59,947 nucleotides of DNA from Bacilli bacterium (GCA_028693275.1 JAQUVS010000004.1:1-59947); one strand, 5' to 3'; positions 9,206 to 17,172 are shown, counted from the stretch's first letter. Notes: generated by a model not told the origin, from the letters alone. Numbers and translations: made by a program.

Positions 9206-9427
9206 TTATTCTTCAAAAAGATCATCTAATTCATTTGATTTATCTTTACAAGTACCTTCTCCTACTTTTTCACCAGGAACGTATTCTTGATCAGCTATCC
9301 CACATGATGTTTTAGTTATAGAATCTTTTATATATCCACCGAATGTTTTAACAATTCCTATTATAATTACTGTTACTAGAGCAATTATTAGTACATATTC
9401 AACTAAAGCTTGTCCTTTTCTATTCAT
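9206..9427 (-). CDS. flp: Flp-family type IVb/IVc pilin
   Basis: MNRKG|QALVEYVLIIALVTVIIIG Flp motif (G|Q...EY), 73 aa. Confidence 0.88.
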   Translation of the reverse strand: MNRKGQALVEYVLIIALVTVIIIGIVKTFGGYIKDSITKTSCGIADQEYVPGEKVGEGTCKDKSNELDDLFEE

Positions 9428-9456
9428 TTACTTCACCCCTATTTTTGTATATATTT

Positions 9457-9485
9457 AGTTTATATTTCTTTTACTTATTTGTCAA
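9457..9485 (-). promoter_or_regulatory. sigmaA-type promoter of flp/tad
   Basis: TTGACA (9480-9485), 17 nt, TAAACT (9457-9462). Confidence 0.65.
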
Positions 9486-9507
9486 ATTATATATTTTGTG
9501 ATATATT
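9479..9507 (+). promoter_or_regulatory. sigmaA-type promoter of DUF192 gene, overlapping the flp -35
   Basis: TTGTCA (9479-9484), 17 nt, TG-a-TATATT (9502-9507). Confidence 0.55.
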
Positions 9508-9523
9508 CTCTTTGGTGATTATT

Positions 9524-9868
9524 ATGATAGTTGTAATTGGAAATAATAAAATAGAAGTTCGTGAAATGAAGACTTTTTTTCAGAAATTAAAAGGTTTCAT
9601 GTTTCATTTAAATCCTATAGAATATGGTATAAGACTTAATAGGTGTAATAGTATTCATACTTATTTTATGTATCACAGGATAGATATCATAATGACTGAT
9701 AAATATAATAGAATTATTAAAATATATAAAAATTTCCCGAGTGAAAGAATTATTCTACCTAAAAAAGATGTATATTATGTTTATGAACTTCCTGTTACAG
9801 AAGATATAAATATTTTAAAAGAGGGAGAAATACTACAAATAGAAAAACCTAATCATTTTACTGATTAG
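9524..9868 (+). CDS. DUF192-family protein; start revised to 9524
   Basis: GGTGA RBS; FFQKLKGFMF, CNSIHTYFMYHRIDIIMTD, YVYELP match DUF192 pattern (G....SIHT.FM..PIDV.F.D ... VLEL). Confidence 0.8.
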   Translation: MIVVIGNNKIEVREMKTFFQKLKGFMFHLNPIEYGIRLNRCNSIHTYFMYHRIDIIMTDKYNRIIKIYKNFPSERIILPKKDVYYVYELPVTEDINILKEGEILQIEKPNHFTD

Positions 9869-9876
9869 GTTTTTTA

Positions 9877-11148
9877 TTAATCTTTATATTCAAATTCAAA
9901 GTCTAAGATACGTACAATATCTCCTTCTTGTGCTTTTAACTCTTCTAATTTATTATCTAGACCCATTTTCATAAGTTTCTTAGTAAATCTTTGGATTGAT
10001 TCATCAGTATTAAACTTAGTCATTCTAAATAATTTTTCTACTTGTTCACCTTTAACTACCCATACATTTCCCTCTTTTTCAATTGTGTATGGAGTTTCTT
10101 TTTGAAATTTATAAAGAACATGTCCTTCAAATTGATCATCTTCATATAAAGGTTCAGCTTCTACTTTTTCAAGCATATCTGCTAATCTTTCCAAAACTAC
10201 TTCTAAACCTTCGTTATTGATTGCACTAATAGGTATTATTTCATGAGAAACCTTTTCTTTGAATTTATTTAGGTTCTCTTTTGATTCTTCTATATCCATT
10301 TTATTGGCAATTATTAATTGAGGTTTTTTTATTAATTTTTCAGAAAAACTTTCTAATTCATTATTTATAGTAATGTAATCTTCATAAGGATTTCTTCCTT
10401 CGCTACCACTCATATCAATTATATGAGCTATAACTTTTGTTCTTTCAATATGTTTTAAAAATCTATCTCCTAGACCTTCTCCTTGAGAAGCACCTTTTAT
10501 TAAACCAGGTAAGTCAGCCATTACAAAACTTCTGTTTTGTCTATCATTACATACTCCTAGATTTGGAGTTAATGTTGTAAAATGATATGCTGCTATTTTG
10601 GGTTTTGATTTTGATACCATAGAAATAATAGTACTTTTACCTACACTTGGTAATCCTACTAATCCTACATCTGCAAGTAGCTTTAATTCTACTTTTAAGA
10701 ATTTATTTTCTCCTGGTTCTCCTCTTTCAGAAAAATTAGGAGCTGGATTACTTTGTGTTTTAAAGGCTGTATTTCCTCTACCACCACGTCCACCTACTGC
10801 AACTACTACTTCGTCATCTTTTTCTTTTAAGTCAGCTATAATTAAGTTAGTATCAGTATCAGTTATTACTGTTCCTTGTGGTACTTTTATGATTATATCA
10901 TCACTTGCTTTACCATTACAGTTTTTACCTTCTCCGTTAGCACCTTTTTTACCTTTAATTATTTTATTATATCTTAAATCTAATAAAGTTCTTAATCCTT
11001 CATCTACTTTAAAAATAATATTACTTCCATGCCCACCGTTACCACCGAATGGACCTCCCATTGGAATATATTTTTCTCTTCTAAAAGCTGTACATCCGTC
11101 TCCGCCATCTCCAGCTCTAACCTCGATATTTACTTCATCTATGAACAT
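9877..11148 (-). CDS. obgE: GTPase ObgE/CgtA
   Basis: MFIDEV, GDGGDG, FRREKY Gly-rich domain, GLPSVGKST, YHFTT, DLPG, NKMD, C-terminal OCT domain. Confidence 0.98.
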   Translation of the reverse strand: MFIDEVNIEVRAGDGGDGCTAFRREKYIPMGGPFGGNGGHGSNIIFKVDEGLRTLLDLRYNKIIKGKKGANGEGKNCNGKASDDIIIKVPQGTVITDTDTNLIIADLKEKDDEVVVAVGGRGGRGNTAFKTQSNPAPNFSERGEPGENKFLKVELKLLADVGLVGLPSVGKSTIISMVSKSKPKIAAYHFTTLTPNLGVCNDRQNRSFVMADLPGLIKGASQGEGLGDRFLKHIERTKVIAHIIDMSGSEGRNPYEDYITINNELESFSEKLIKKPQLIIANKMDIEESKENLNKFKEKVSHEIIPISAINNEGLEVVLERLADMLEKVEAEPLYEDDQFEGHVLYKFQKETPYTIEKEGNVWVVKGEQVEKLFRMTKFNTDESIQRFTKKLMKMGLDNKLEELKAQEGDIVRILDFEFEYKD

Positions 11149-11166
11149 AATATCATCCCCTTTCTT

Positions 11167-11646
11167 TTATCTTTTAAGTGTTTGATTAAATCTAATCATT
11201 TTTGCTAATTGTTCTACATTATCTACTGTCCCTAGTGAACTTTTCATTATTTCTTGTTCACTATTTCTAATAGAATAACCATTATATGCTCTAATCATAT
11301 CTAAGTCTTTTTTCATTGAAGAAATAGTATAAACATTAAAATCATCTATTCTATATAGGTCTTTAATACATTCAATTTCTTGATTTTCTCCTACATAAGA
11401 ACCTTCTACTTTAATATTATTCATATTTAAAATAGTTCTATCTTTATCACAATATATATAATCATAAATAATTTTTTCACTCTTCATTGATTTTATAAAT
11501 CTTTCTGTTAATTCTTGAGATGTTTTTAAAACAAAAATATTGTTTTCTGCCATAAACTTTTCTATTTCTAAGTAATTAACTATAGCAGTCCCTCTTGAAA
11601 GATCTAAATAACAATTTTCTAATCTTGATACAAGAATGTTTTTCAT
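11167..11646 (-). CDS. Degenerate capless Cof-like HAD-fold protein (probable pseudo-phosphatase); start revised to 11646
   Basis: NILVSRLEN, NNIFVLKTSQ, IYDYIYCDKDRTILN, VYTISSMKKDLDMIRAYNGYSIRNS align by eye with Cof motifs (LIVSDLDG, GNIFVIATGR, YDYLICNNG, VYxIGDxxNDxxM) with catalytic residues substituted. Confidence 0.6.
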   Translation of the reverse strand: MKNILVSRLENCYLDLSRGTAIVNYLEIEKFMAENNIFVLKTSQELTERFIKSMKSEKIIYDYIYCDKDRTILNMNNIKVEGSYVGENQEIECIKDLYRIDDFNVYTISSMKKDLDMIRAYNGYSIRNSEQEIMKSSLGTVDNVEQLAKMIRFNQTLKR

Positions 11647-11689
11647 ATAATTCACTCCTTCTTAAACGAGTTATATTATAGCATATAAT

Positions 11690-11724
11690 AAAAAAAAAGT
11701 ATACTACTTAGTAGTAATACTTTT
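11690..11724 (-). terminator. Terminator after rpmA
   Basis: AAAAGTATTACTAC-taa-GTAGTATACTTTT stem with one bulge and a long U run. Confidence 0.75.
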
Positions 11725-12010
11725 ATTCATTTACTTCGTAAACACTTACTTGTTTTTTATCTCTTCCTAGACGTTCAAATTTAACAATACCATTTACTGT
11801 TGTATATAACGTATCATCATTTCCTCTTGAAACGTTAGTTCCTGGAAATATTCTTGTTCCTCTTTGACGGTAAAGAATAGAACCAGCTGTTACGAATTGA
11901 CCATCTGCTGCTTTAGCTCCAAGTCTACGTCCGGCAGAATCTCTACCATTTGATGTAGAACCTTGTCCTTTATGATGGGCAAATAATTGAATATTTAAAA
12001 TCATTTTCAT
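11723..12010 (-). CDS. rpmA: 50S ribosomal protein L27 with Prp-cleaved N-terminal extension
   Basis: LNIQLF|[25 protein letters not shown] motifs. Confidence 0.98.
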   Translation of the reverse strand: MKMILNIQLFAHHKGQGSTSNGRDSAGRRLGAKAADGQFVTAGSILYRQRGTRIFPGTNVSRGNDDTLYTTVNGIVKFERLGRDKKQVSVYEVNE

Positions 12011-12022
12011 TGGATTTCCTCC

Positions 12023-12325
12023 TTACTTAATTTTTATATTTTTAGGATACTGTTTTTCTAAGTCTTCTAATATGTTAAGCATATTTTTAATTAACTTTTC
12101 ACAAACAGAATCATTTTCTTTTATTTCGATTATAAGTTCATCTTTATTCTCTACAATATTTAAATATTGATCATTAATTTCACTTATACCATTTACTGTT
12201 GTAATTACACAAGTACTTGCTGCACTACATACTATATCTTTTCCATAGTCATCATACTTAGCATGTCCATTAATAATTATTTTGTTAATTCTATGATTTG
12301 TACTTTCTATAAATACTTTTATCAT
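12023..12325 (-). CDS. prp: Ribosomal-processing cysteine protease Prp (YsxB)
   Basis: GHAKYDDYGKDIVCSAAS catalytic His/Cys motif, located between rplU and rpmA. Confidence 0.95.
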   Translation of the reverse strand: MIKVFIESTNHRINKIIINGHAKYDDYGKDIVCSAASTCVITTVNGISEINDQYLNIVENKDELIIEIKENDSVCEKLIKNMLNILEDLEKQYPKNIKIK

Positions 12326-12328
12326 AAA

Positions 12329-12631
12329 TTACCCATTAATTTTAGTGATTTCTACTTTTGTATATGGTTGTCTGTGTCCTTGAGTTTTACGATGACTTCT
12401 GTCTTTTTGTTTGTATCTAAAAATTCTAATTTTCTTTTGTTTTCCTTGTTTAGATATAACACCTTCAACAGTTACATTTTTCAAGTAAGGACTTCCTACT
12501 TTACCATCAAGCATTAATACTTCATCAAAAACAATTTTGTCTCCATCATTACCATTTAGTTTTTCAACATAGATAACATCTTTTTCAGAAACATAATATT
12601 GTTTACCACCAGTTTTAATAATTGCTTTCAT
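12329..12631 (-). CDS. rplU: 50S ribosomal protein L21
   Basis: MKAIIKTGGKQY, GHRQPYT motifs. Confidence 0.98.
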   Translation of the reverse strand: MKAIIKTGGKQYYVSEKDVIYVEKLNGNDGDKIVFDEVLMLDGKVGSPYLKNVTVEGVISKQGKQKKIRIFRYKQKDRSHRKTQGHRQPYTKVEITKING

Positions 12632-12654
12632 AATTTTACCTCCTTTATTATTTT

Positions 12655-12728
12655 CTAGACTCGCTCTTAAGGCAACATAATTGTTTTAAAACCTTTTTAA
12701 TGCGGTTTGAGCTAGAGGCTTCAAACAT
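12655..12728 (-). ncRNA. L21 leader (ribosomal protein leader RNA)
   Basis: 5' UTR of rplU reads ATGTTTGAAGCCTCTAGCTCAAACCGCATTAAAAAGG...GAGCGAGTCTAG; TAGCT..ACCGCA..AGG and GCGAGTC match recalled L21_leader conserved blocks. Confidence 0.75.
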
Positions 12729-12733
12729 ATGTA

Positions 12734-12762
12734 ATTATACTATAAAGTATATTGCGAGTCAA
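12734..12762 (-). promoter_or_regulatory. sigmaA promoter of rplU-prp-rpmA
   Basis: TTGACT (12757-12762), 17 nt, TATAAT (12734-12739). Confidence 0.8.
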
Positions 12763-12783
12763 ACAAAATAAGCATTTTTATAG

Positions 12784-12805
12784 AAAAAAGAGCAAATTTT
12801 GCTCT
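12784..12805 (-). terminator. Terminator after rnj
   Basis: AGAGCA-aaatt-TGCTCT followed by TTTTT on minus strand. Confidence 0.7.
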
Positions 12806-14456
12806 AAACTTCTTGAACTACAGTAATAATCATTGGTCTACATTCAGTTTGTTTATATAAATATTTACCTAATTGTTCTCTTACTTCGTTCTTTATTTTT
12901 GTATAATCTACTCTTCTATTATCTAATGATATATTATTTGTAATTATTTCTAAAGATATTCTCTTGCTTTCTTCTATTATATCTAAATTATCTTTTACAA
13001 AGATAAATCCTTTAGTTAATATTTCTGGTCCTGCTATTATTTCTTTATTCATTTTATTTAATGTACAACTAATAATAACTATTCCGTTTTCAGCAAGCAT
13101 TTCTCTATCTTTTAGTACTAATTCTCCAACATCACCATCAAAATTTCCATCTATTAAGACATCATCTACTTCGATATGTTCTATATCATTTGTTAAATTT
13201 CCATCTACAAATGTTATAACGTCTCCGTTTTGTTTTAATAAGATATTTTCTCTAGGTATTCCTATTTCTTCTGCTATTTCAGCATTTTTATATTGATGAC
13301 GATATTCACCTTTTACAGGGAAATAATATTTTGGATTCATCATATTTATCATTAGCATTAGGTCTTCTCTTGATGCATGATGTAATAAATGTTTTTTACT
13401 AGATAATGAGATAGCATTAGCTCCACATCTAGCAATATCATCCATAACCATTGCCAATCTTTTTTCTATACCATCATAACTTGGTTCTGTTATAAAGACA
13501 GTATCTTTTTCAGTTAATTTTACGTACTTATCATGACCTTTTATAATTCTTTCTAAATTGGCAAAAGGTTTTTCTTTTTCATCCGATATTAAGACAACTA
13601 CACCTTTTTCATTTAAGTGTGTAAGATTACCTATTCTATCTTTATTTATTGTTAAATATCCCATTTCTATAGATTTGTTGATAATATCTTGAAGAGATTT
13701 ACTCATAATAACTATTTTTCTATGTGTTCTCATTACTTCATCAAATATTTCTTGAACTCTATAAATATGTGCTGGTAAGATAGTTGCTATAATTCTGTCA
13801 TCATTATTTTCTAATACTTCTCTAATAAAAGGTTTAACTCTATTATTTGGAGATGTGTGGCCTTCTTTTTCTGCATAAAGAGATTCTGCTAATAAACATA
13901 ATACTCCTTGCTTACCAACATAAGCTAACTTTCCTATATCTGTTTTGTAGTTACCTTGCATTGTTGAATCAAAAACAAAGTCTCCTGTATAAACAATTGC
14001 TCCATTTTCAGTATATAATACGTAACATACTGCATCTGGAATTGAATGTGTTACACTTATTGGAAAAATAGAATTCTTACCAAATGTAATTTTAGAATGA
14101 GGTCTTATTTCTTTTAAAATAGAACTATTCTTAAATTGTTCATCTAATTCACTTTTTACTATTTCCATTGTAAATTTTGTAGCGTATACATTAACATTTG
14201 GAAGAAGTTTTACTATGTCAGCTATTGCCCCCATATTTCCTTCATGTCCATGTGTTAAGAATATCCCTTTTATTTTTTCTTTATTTTGTACTAAATAATC
14301 TATATTTGGAATAATATAATCTACTCCAAGTGTATTATTTATTCCGTATTTTAATCCTGCGTCAAAAACAAATATATCTTCATCAACATTGACTACATAT
14401 AAGTTTTTTCCATTTTCGTTTAGTCCACCTAAACTAAATATTTTAATTTTACTCAA
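12804..14456 (-). CDS. rnj: Ribonuclease J family, J2-like (degenerate active site)
   Basis: LGGLNENGKN, beta-CASP architecture, HSIPDA, TGDFVFD; motif II is THGHEGNMG rather than THGHEDHIG. Confidence 0.9.
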   Translation of the reverse strand: MSKIKIFSLGGLNENGKNLYVVNVDEDIFVFDAGLKYGINNTLGVDYIIPNIDYLVQNKEKIKGIFLTHGHEGNMGAIADIVKLLPNVNVYATKFTMEIVKSELDEQFKNSSILKEIRPHSKITFGKNSIFPISVTHSIPDAVCYVLYTENGAIVYTGDFVFDSTMQGNYKTDIGKLAYVGKQGVLCLLAESLYAEKEGHTSPNNRVKPFIREVLENNDDRIIATILPAHIYRVQEIFDEVMRTHRKIVIMSKSLQDIINKSIEMGYLTINKDRIGNLTHLNEKGVVVLISDEKEKPFANLERIIKGHDKYVKLTEKDTVFITEPSYDGIEKRLAMVMDDIARCGANAISLSSKKHLLHHASREDLMLMINMMNPKYYFPVKGEYRHQYKNAEIAEEIGIPRENILLKQNGDVITFVDGNLTNDIEHIEVDDVLIDGNFDGDVGELVLKDREMLAENGIVIISCTLNKMNKEIIAGPEILTKGFIFVKDNLDIIEESKRISLEIITNNISLDNRRVDYTKIKNEVREQLGKYLYKQTECRPMIITVVQEV

Positions 14457-14535
14457 TTTTATTCTCCTTTCGTTTTATGTAGATAAGTAAATTAACCTTT
14501 AATATTATAACATTAATTTTGATAAAAGTAAAACA

Positions 14536-14569
14536 AAAAGAGCTACATAGTTATATGTTTTGCTCTTTT
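14536..14569 (-). terminator. Hairpin overlapping stop of ORF 14543-15028
   Basis: AAAAGAGC-t-ACATA-gtta-TATGT-ttt-GCTCTTTT nested inverted repeat. Confidence 0.6.
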
Positions 14570-15028
14570 ATCAGAATATTGCTCTTTGATTATTTTATTT
14601 CTAGTACTTTCATAATTGAAATAAATTGTATCAGTACTTATTTGCTCTCCTGTTGTTCTATTTTCAATTGATAGTGGCATATCTCCTGTTTCATCCATAT
14701 ATGAAGCAAGCGTTATATCTCCTATTTGGTCTTCAAACAGAGCCATTTTTGCTCCACCAAAATCAAAAAATTTTCCTATTTTTGAAACCGAATATTTACC
14801 TTTTCTTCTTAATTTAGAATTATATAATTGTTCTTTTTCATCTTCTGAACTTACTATCCATAAATAATCACAACTAGTTTCTTTAATATTGATTAGGTTT
14901 TCTTGTAACAATTTATATTTATTTTTACTTATTTTATAATGGTTAGCTATTGTTCCTTCTTTAGTTTCTTCAATTATAAAAAATTCATCTTCTGTTATTC
15001 TTATTAAATTTGATTTTTCCCCTGACAT
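14543..15028 (-). CDS. Hypothetical protein (orphan) downstream of thrS
   Basis: 161 aa ORF, GGAG RBS, 12 nt after thrS stop; no family recognised. Confidence 0.75.
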   Translation of the reverse strand: MSGEKSNLIRITEDEFFIIEETKEGTIANHYKISKNKYKLLQENLINIKETSCDYLWIVSSEDEKEQLYNSKLRRKGKYSVSKIGKFFDFGGAKMALFEDQIGDITLASYMDETGDMPLSIENRTTGEQISTDTIYFNYESTRNKIIKEQYSDKRAKHITM

Positions 15029-15040
15029 AATTACATTCTC

Positions 15041-16777
15041 CTACTTTGTTTTATTTTTTATTTGTTCTAATACCAAATTAACAAATTCTTCTTTTGTAAT
15101 AGTTGTAGTATCTTCTTTACCATACAATCTATAGCTTATTGTATTTTCATCTCTTTCTTTATTTCCGATGATGATTGTTATAGGATTTTTATTTGTTTGA
15201 GATTCTCTCATTTTATATCCAAGTTTTTCTTCTCTATCATCTAAGCTAGTTCTTATATTATTTTGTTCTAATAATTGTTTTACTTCGTTAGCGTATTCTA
15301 AATGATATAAATTATTTACTGGGATAATATTAACTTGTACAGGTGATAGCCAAAGTGGAAATGCTCCTGCAAAATGTTCTATTAATATTCCTATGAATCT
15401 TTCTATAGATCCAAATATAACTCTATGTAACATTATTGGTCTTTTTTTAGTACCATCTGAATCAATATAAGTTAAATCAAATCTTTCTGGAAGATTGCAA
15501 TCTAATTGAATTGTTCCGCATTGCCAAACTCTACCTAATGAATCTTTAATATGAAAATCTAATTTTGGACCATAGAAAGCTCCATCTCCTGGATTAATCT
15601 TGCAACTTCTACCTGCTTTATGGCAAGCTTCTTCAAGTATTTTTTCACTTTTATCCCAAGATTCAATTGTACCTATAAATTTATCTAATGGTCTAGTTGA
15701 TAATTCTATGTCGTAGCTTAATCCAAATATTTTATATATTCTATCTATAAAAGCTATTAATCTAACTACTTCTTCTTCTATTTGATCTTCCCTCATAAAG
15801 ATATGAGCATCATCTTGAGTAAATGTTCTAACTCTAAATAAACCATTTAAAGCACCTGATGCTTCATGTCTATGTACTTGTCCTAATTCTCCACATCTTA
15901 TTGGTAAATCTTTATATGAATGTAGTGAATTCTTGTATACAAGCATTCCTCCTGGACAATTCATTGGTTTAATTGCAAAGTTTTGTTCATCTATTGTTGA
16001 AGTATACATATTTTCTCTATAATTCATCCAATGACCTGATACTTCCCAAAGTTCTTGATTTAACATGATTGGAGTTTTAATAAATTCATAACCCTCTTTT
16101 GTATGTTCATCATACCAGAATTTTTCTAATTCATTTCTAAGAATCATACCCTTTGGTAAGAAGAATGGGAACCCAGGACCATATTCGCTCATCATAAATA
16201 ATCCTAATTCTTTACCTAATTTTTTATGATCTCTTTTTTTAGCTTCTTCTAATAGATTCATATGATCTTCTAACTGTTCGTTTGTTTCAAAACAAATTCC
16301 ATATATTCTTTGAAGCATTTTGTTATTAGAATCGCCTTTCCAGTAAGCACCACTAACTTTAAGTAATTTGAAATTTCCTAAAATAGAAGTATTTTCTACG
16401 TGTGGCCCTCTACATAAATCGACAAAATCACCTTGACTATAGCAAGTAATGTTAGATCCATCTTCCATTCTTTCTATTAAATCAATTTTATACATATCAT
16501 TTTTAAATTTATCTAAAGCTTCTTCTTTTGTTAATTCTTCTCTTATAATAGAAACTTTTTCTGAAACTATTTTTTTCATTTCTTTTTCTATTTTTTCAAG
16601 ATCTTCTTCCTTAATTACTTCATCTTTTAAGTCAATATCATAGTAAAATCCTTCTTCTATTACAGGACCTACCCAAAATAAAGAGTCCTTATAAAGTCTT
16701 TTTACGGCATGTGCCAATAAATGAGCACATGAATGATTTAATTTATTTAAGTTTTCATTTTCTTTTATATTTATCAT
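15041..16777 (-). CDS. thrS: Threonine--tRNA ligase lacking the N-terminal TGS domain
   Basis: HSCAHLL editing motif, DLCRGPH, KPMNCPG, HRHEASGALNGLFRVR, GAFYGPK, GSIERF; 578 aa. Confidence 0.98.
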   Translation of the reverse strand: MINIKENENLNKLNHSCAHLLAHAVKRLYKDSLFWVGPVIEEGFYYDIDLKDEVIKEEDLEKIEKEMKKIVSEKVSIIREELTKEEALDKFKNDMYKIDLIERMEDGSNITCYSQGDFVDLCRGPHVENTSILGNFKLLKVSGAYWKGDSNNKMLQRIYGICFETNEQLEDHMNLLEEAKKRDHKKLGKELGLFMMSEYGPGFPFFLPKGMILRNELEKFWYDEHTKEGYEFIKTPIMLNQELWEVSGHWMNYRENMYTSTIDEQNFAIKPMNCPGGMLVYKNSLHSYKDLPIRCGELGQVHRHEASGALNGLFRVRTFTQDDAHIFMREDQIEEEVVRLIAFIDRIYKIFGLSYDIELSTRPLDKFIGTIESWDKSEKILEEACHKAGRSCKINPGDGAFYGPKLDFHIKDSLGRVWQCGTIQLDCNLPERFDLTYIDSDGTKKRPIMLHRVIFGSIERFIGILIEHFAGAFPLWLSPVQVNIIPVNNLYHLEYANEVKQLLEQNNIRTSLDDREEKLGYKMRESQTNKNPITIIIGNKERDENTISYRLYGKEDTTTITKEEFVNLVLEQIKNKTK

Positions 16778-16779
16778 AT

Positions 16780-16956
16780 TTATCTCCTTTTTTCTATTGT
16801 TTCTTTTTCAAAAACAGTTCTTTTTAATTCGTTATGTTTTTTTTCGATTTCTTTTTCTATCCTTTGTGAAATTTCGGTATTTCTTTTATTGAATTCTGCT
16901 TGTAGCCTTAAATCAAATAATTCTTTTTTTAGTATCTTTATTCTATCTTCTACCAT
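16780..16956 (-). CDS. 58-aa helical microprotein with uL29-like segment, inside the T-box/thrS unit; start revised to 16956
   Basis: AGGAG RBS lies in the T-box terminator arm; MVEDRIKILKKELFDLRLQ...; stop 2 nt before thrS ATG. Confidence 0.7.
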   Translation of the reverse strand: MVEDRIKILKKELFDLRLQAEFNKRNTEISQRIEKEIEKKHNELKRTVFEKETIEKRR

Positions 16957-17160
16957 AAAAAAACTCCTTATAAATGTATTATAAGGAGTGCTAAGCACGG
17001 TACCATCCTATGGTTTATCTTAATTTACTTTAACGGGTTTTCATCCGGGAATCCTATTATGGTCCAACTAAAGAATAGTAATAATTAAACTAAATATTCA
17101 TTTACACCAACCATGAACTCTCTTTTATTATCATTTAATTATCTTGTTTCTTATTACTGC
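16957..17160 (-). ncRNA. T-box riboswitch, Thr (specifier ACU)
   Basis: Stem I with AG box AAAAGAGAG, apical TTCAT-GGTTGGTGTAA-ATGAA, specifier ACT at 17077-17079 followed by ATTCTT; CCCGTTA F-box; antiterminator AGGA-TGGTACC-GTG-cttag-CAC-TCCT; terminator ACTCCTTATAA/TTATAAGGAGT plus T run. Confidence 0.93.
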
Positions 17161-17172
17161 TTTTGTAAGTAT

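Noticed and set aside
9410-9523. Long N-terminal extension of the DUF192 ORF from the ORF track
   Set aside because: It overlaps the flp start and both promoters; the ATG at 9524 has an RBS and starts the domain.
10598-11185. 195-aa plus-strand ORF
   Set aside because: Antisense shadow of the Gly-rich obgE region.
11167-11655. Spo0B remnant, given its position between rpmA and obg
   Set aside because: No Spo0B His-containing helical hairpin is seen; the sequence matches the HAD Rossmann core instead.
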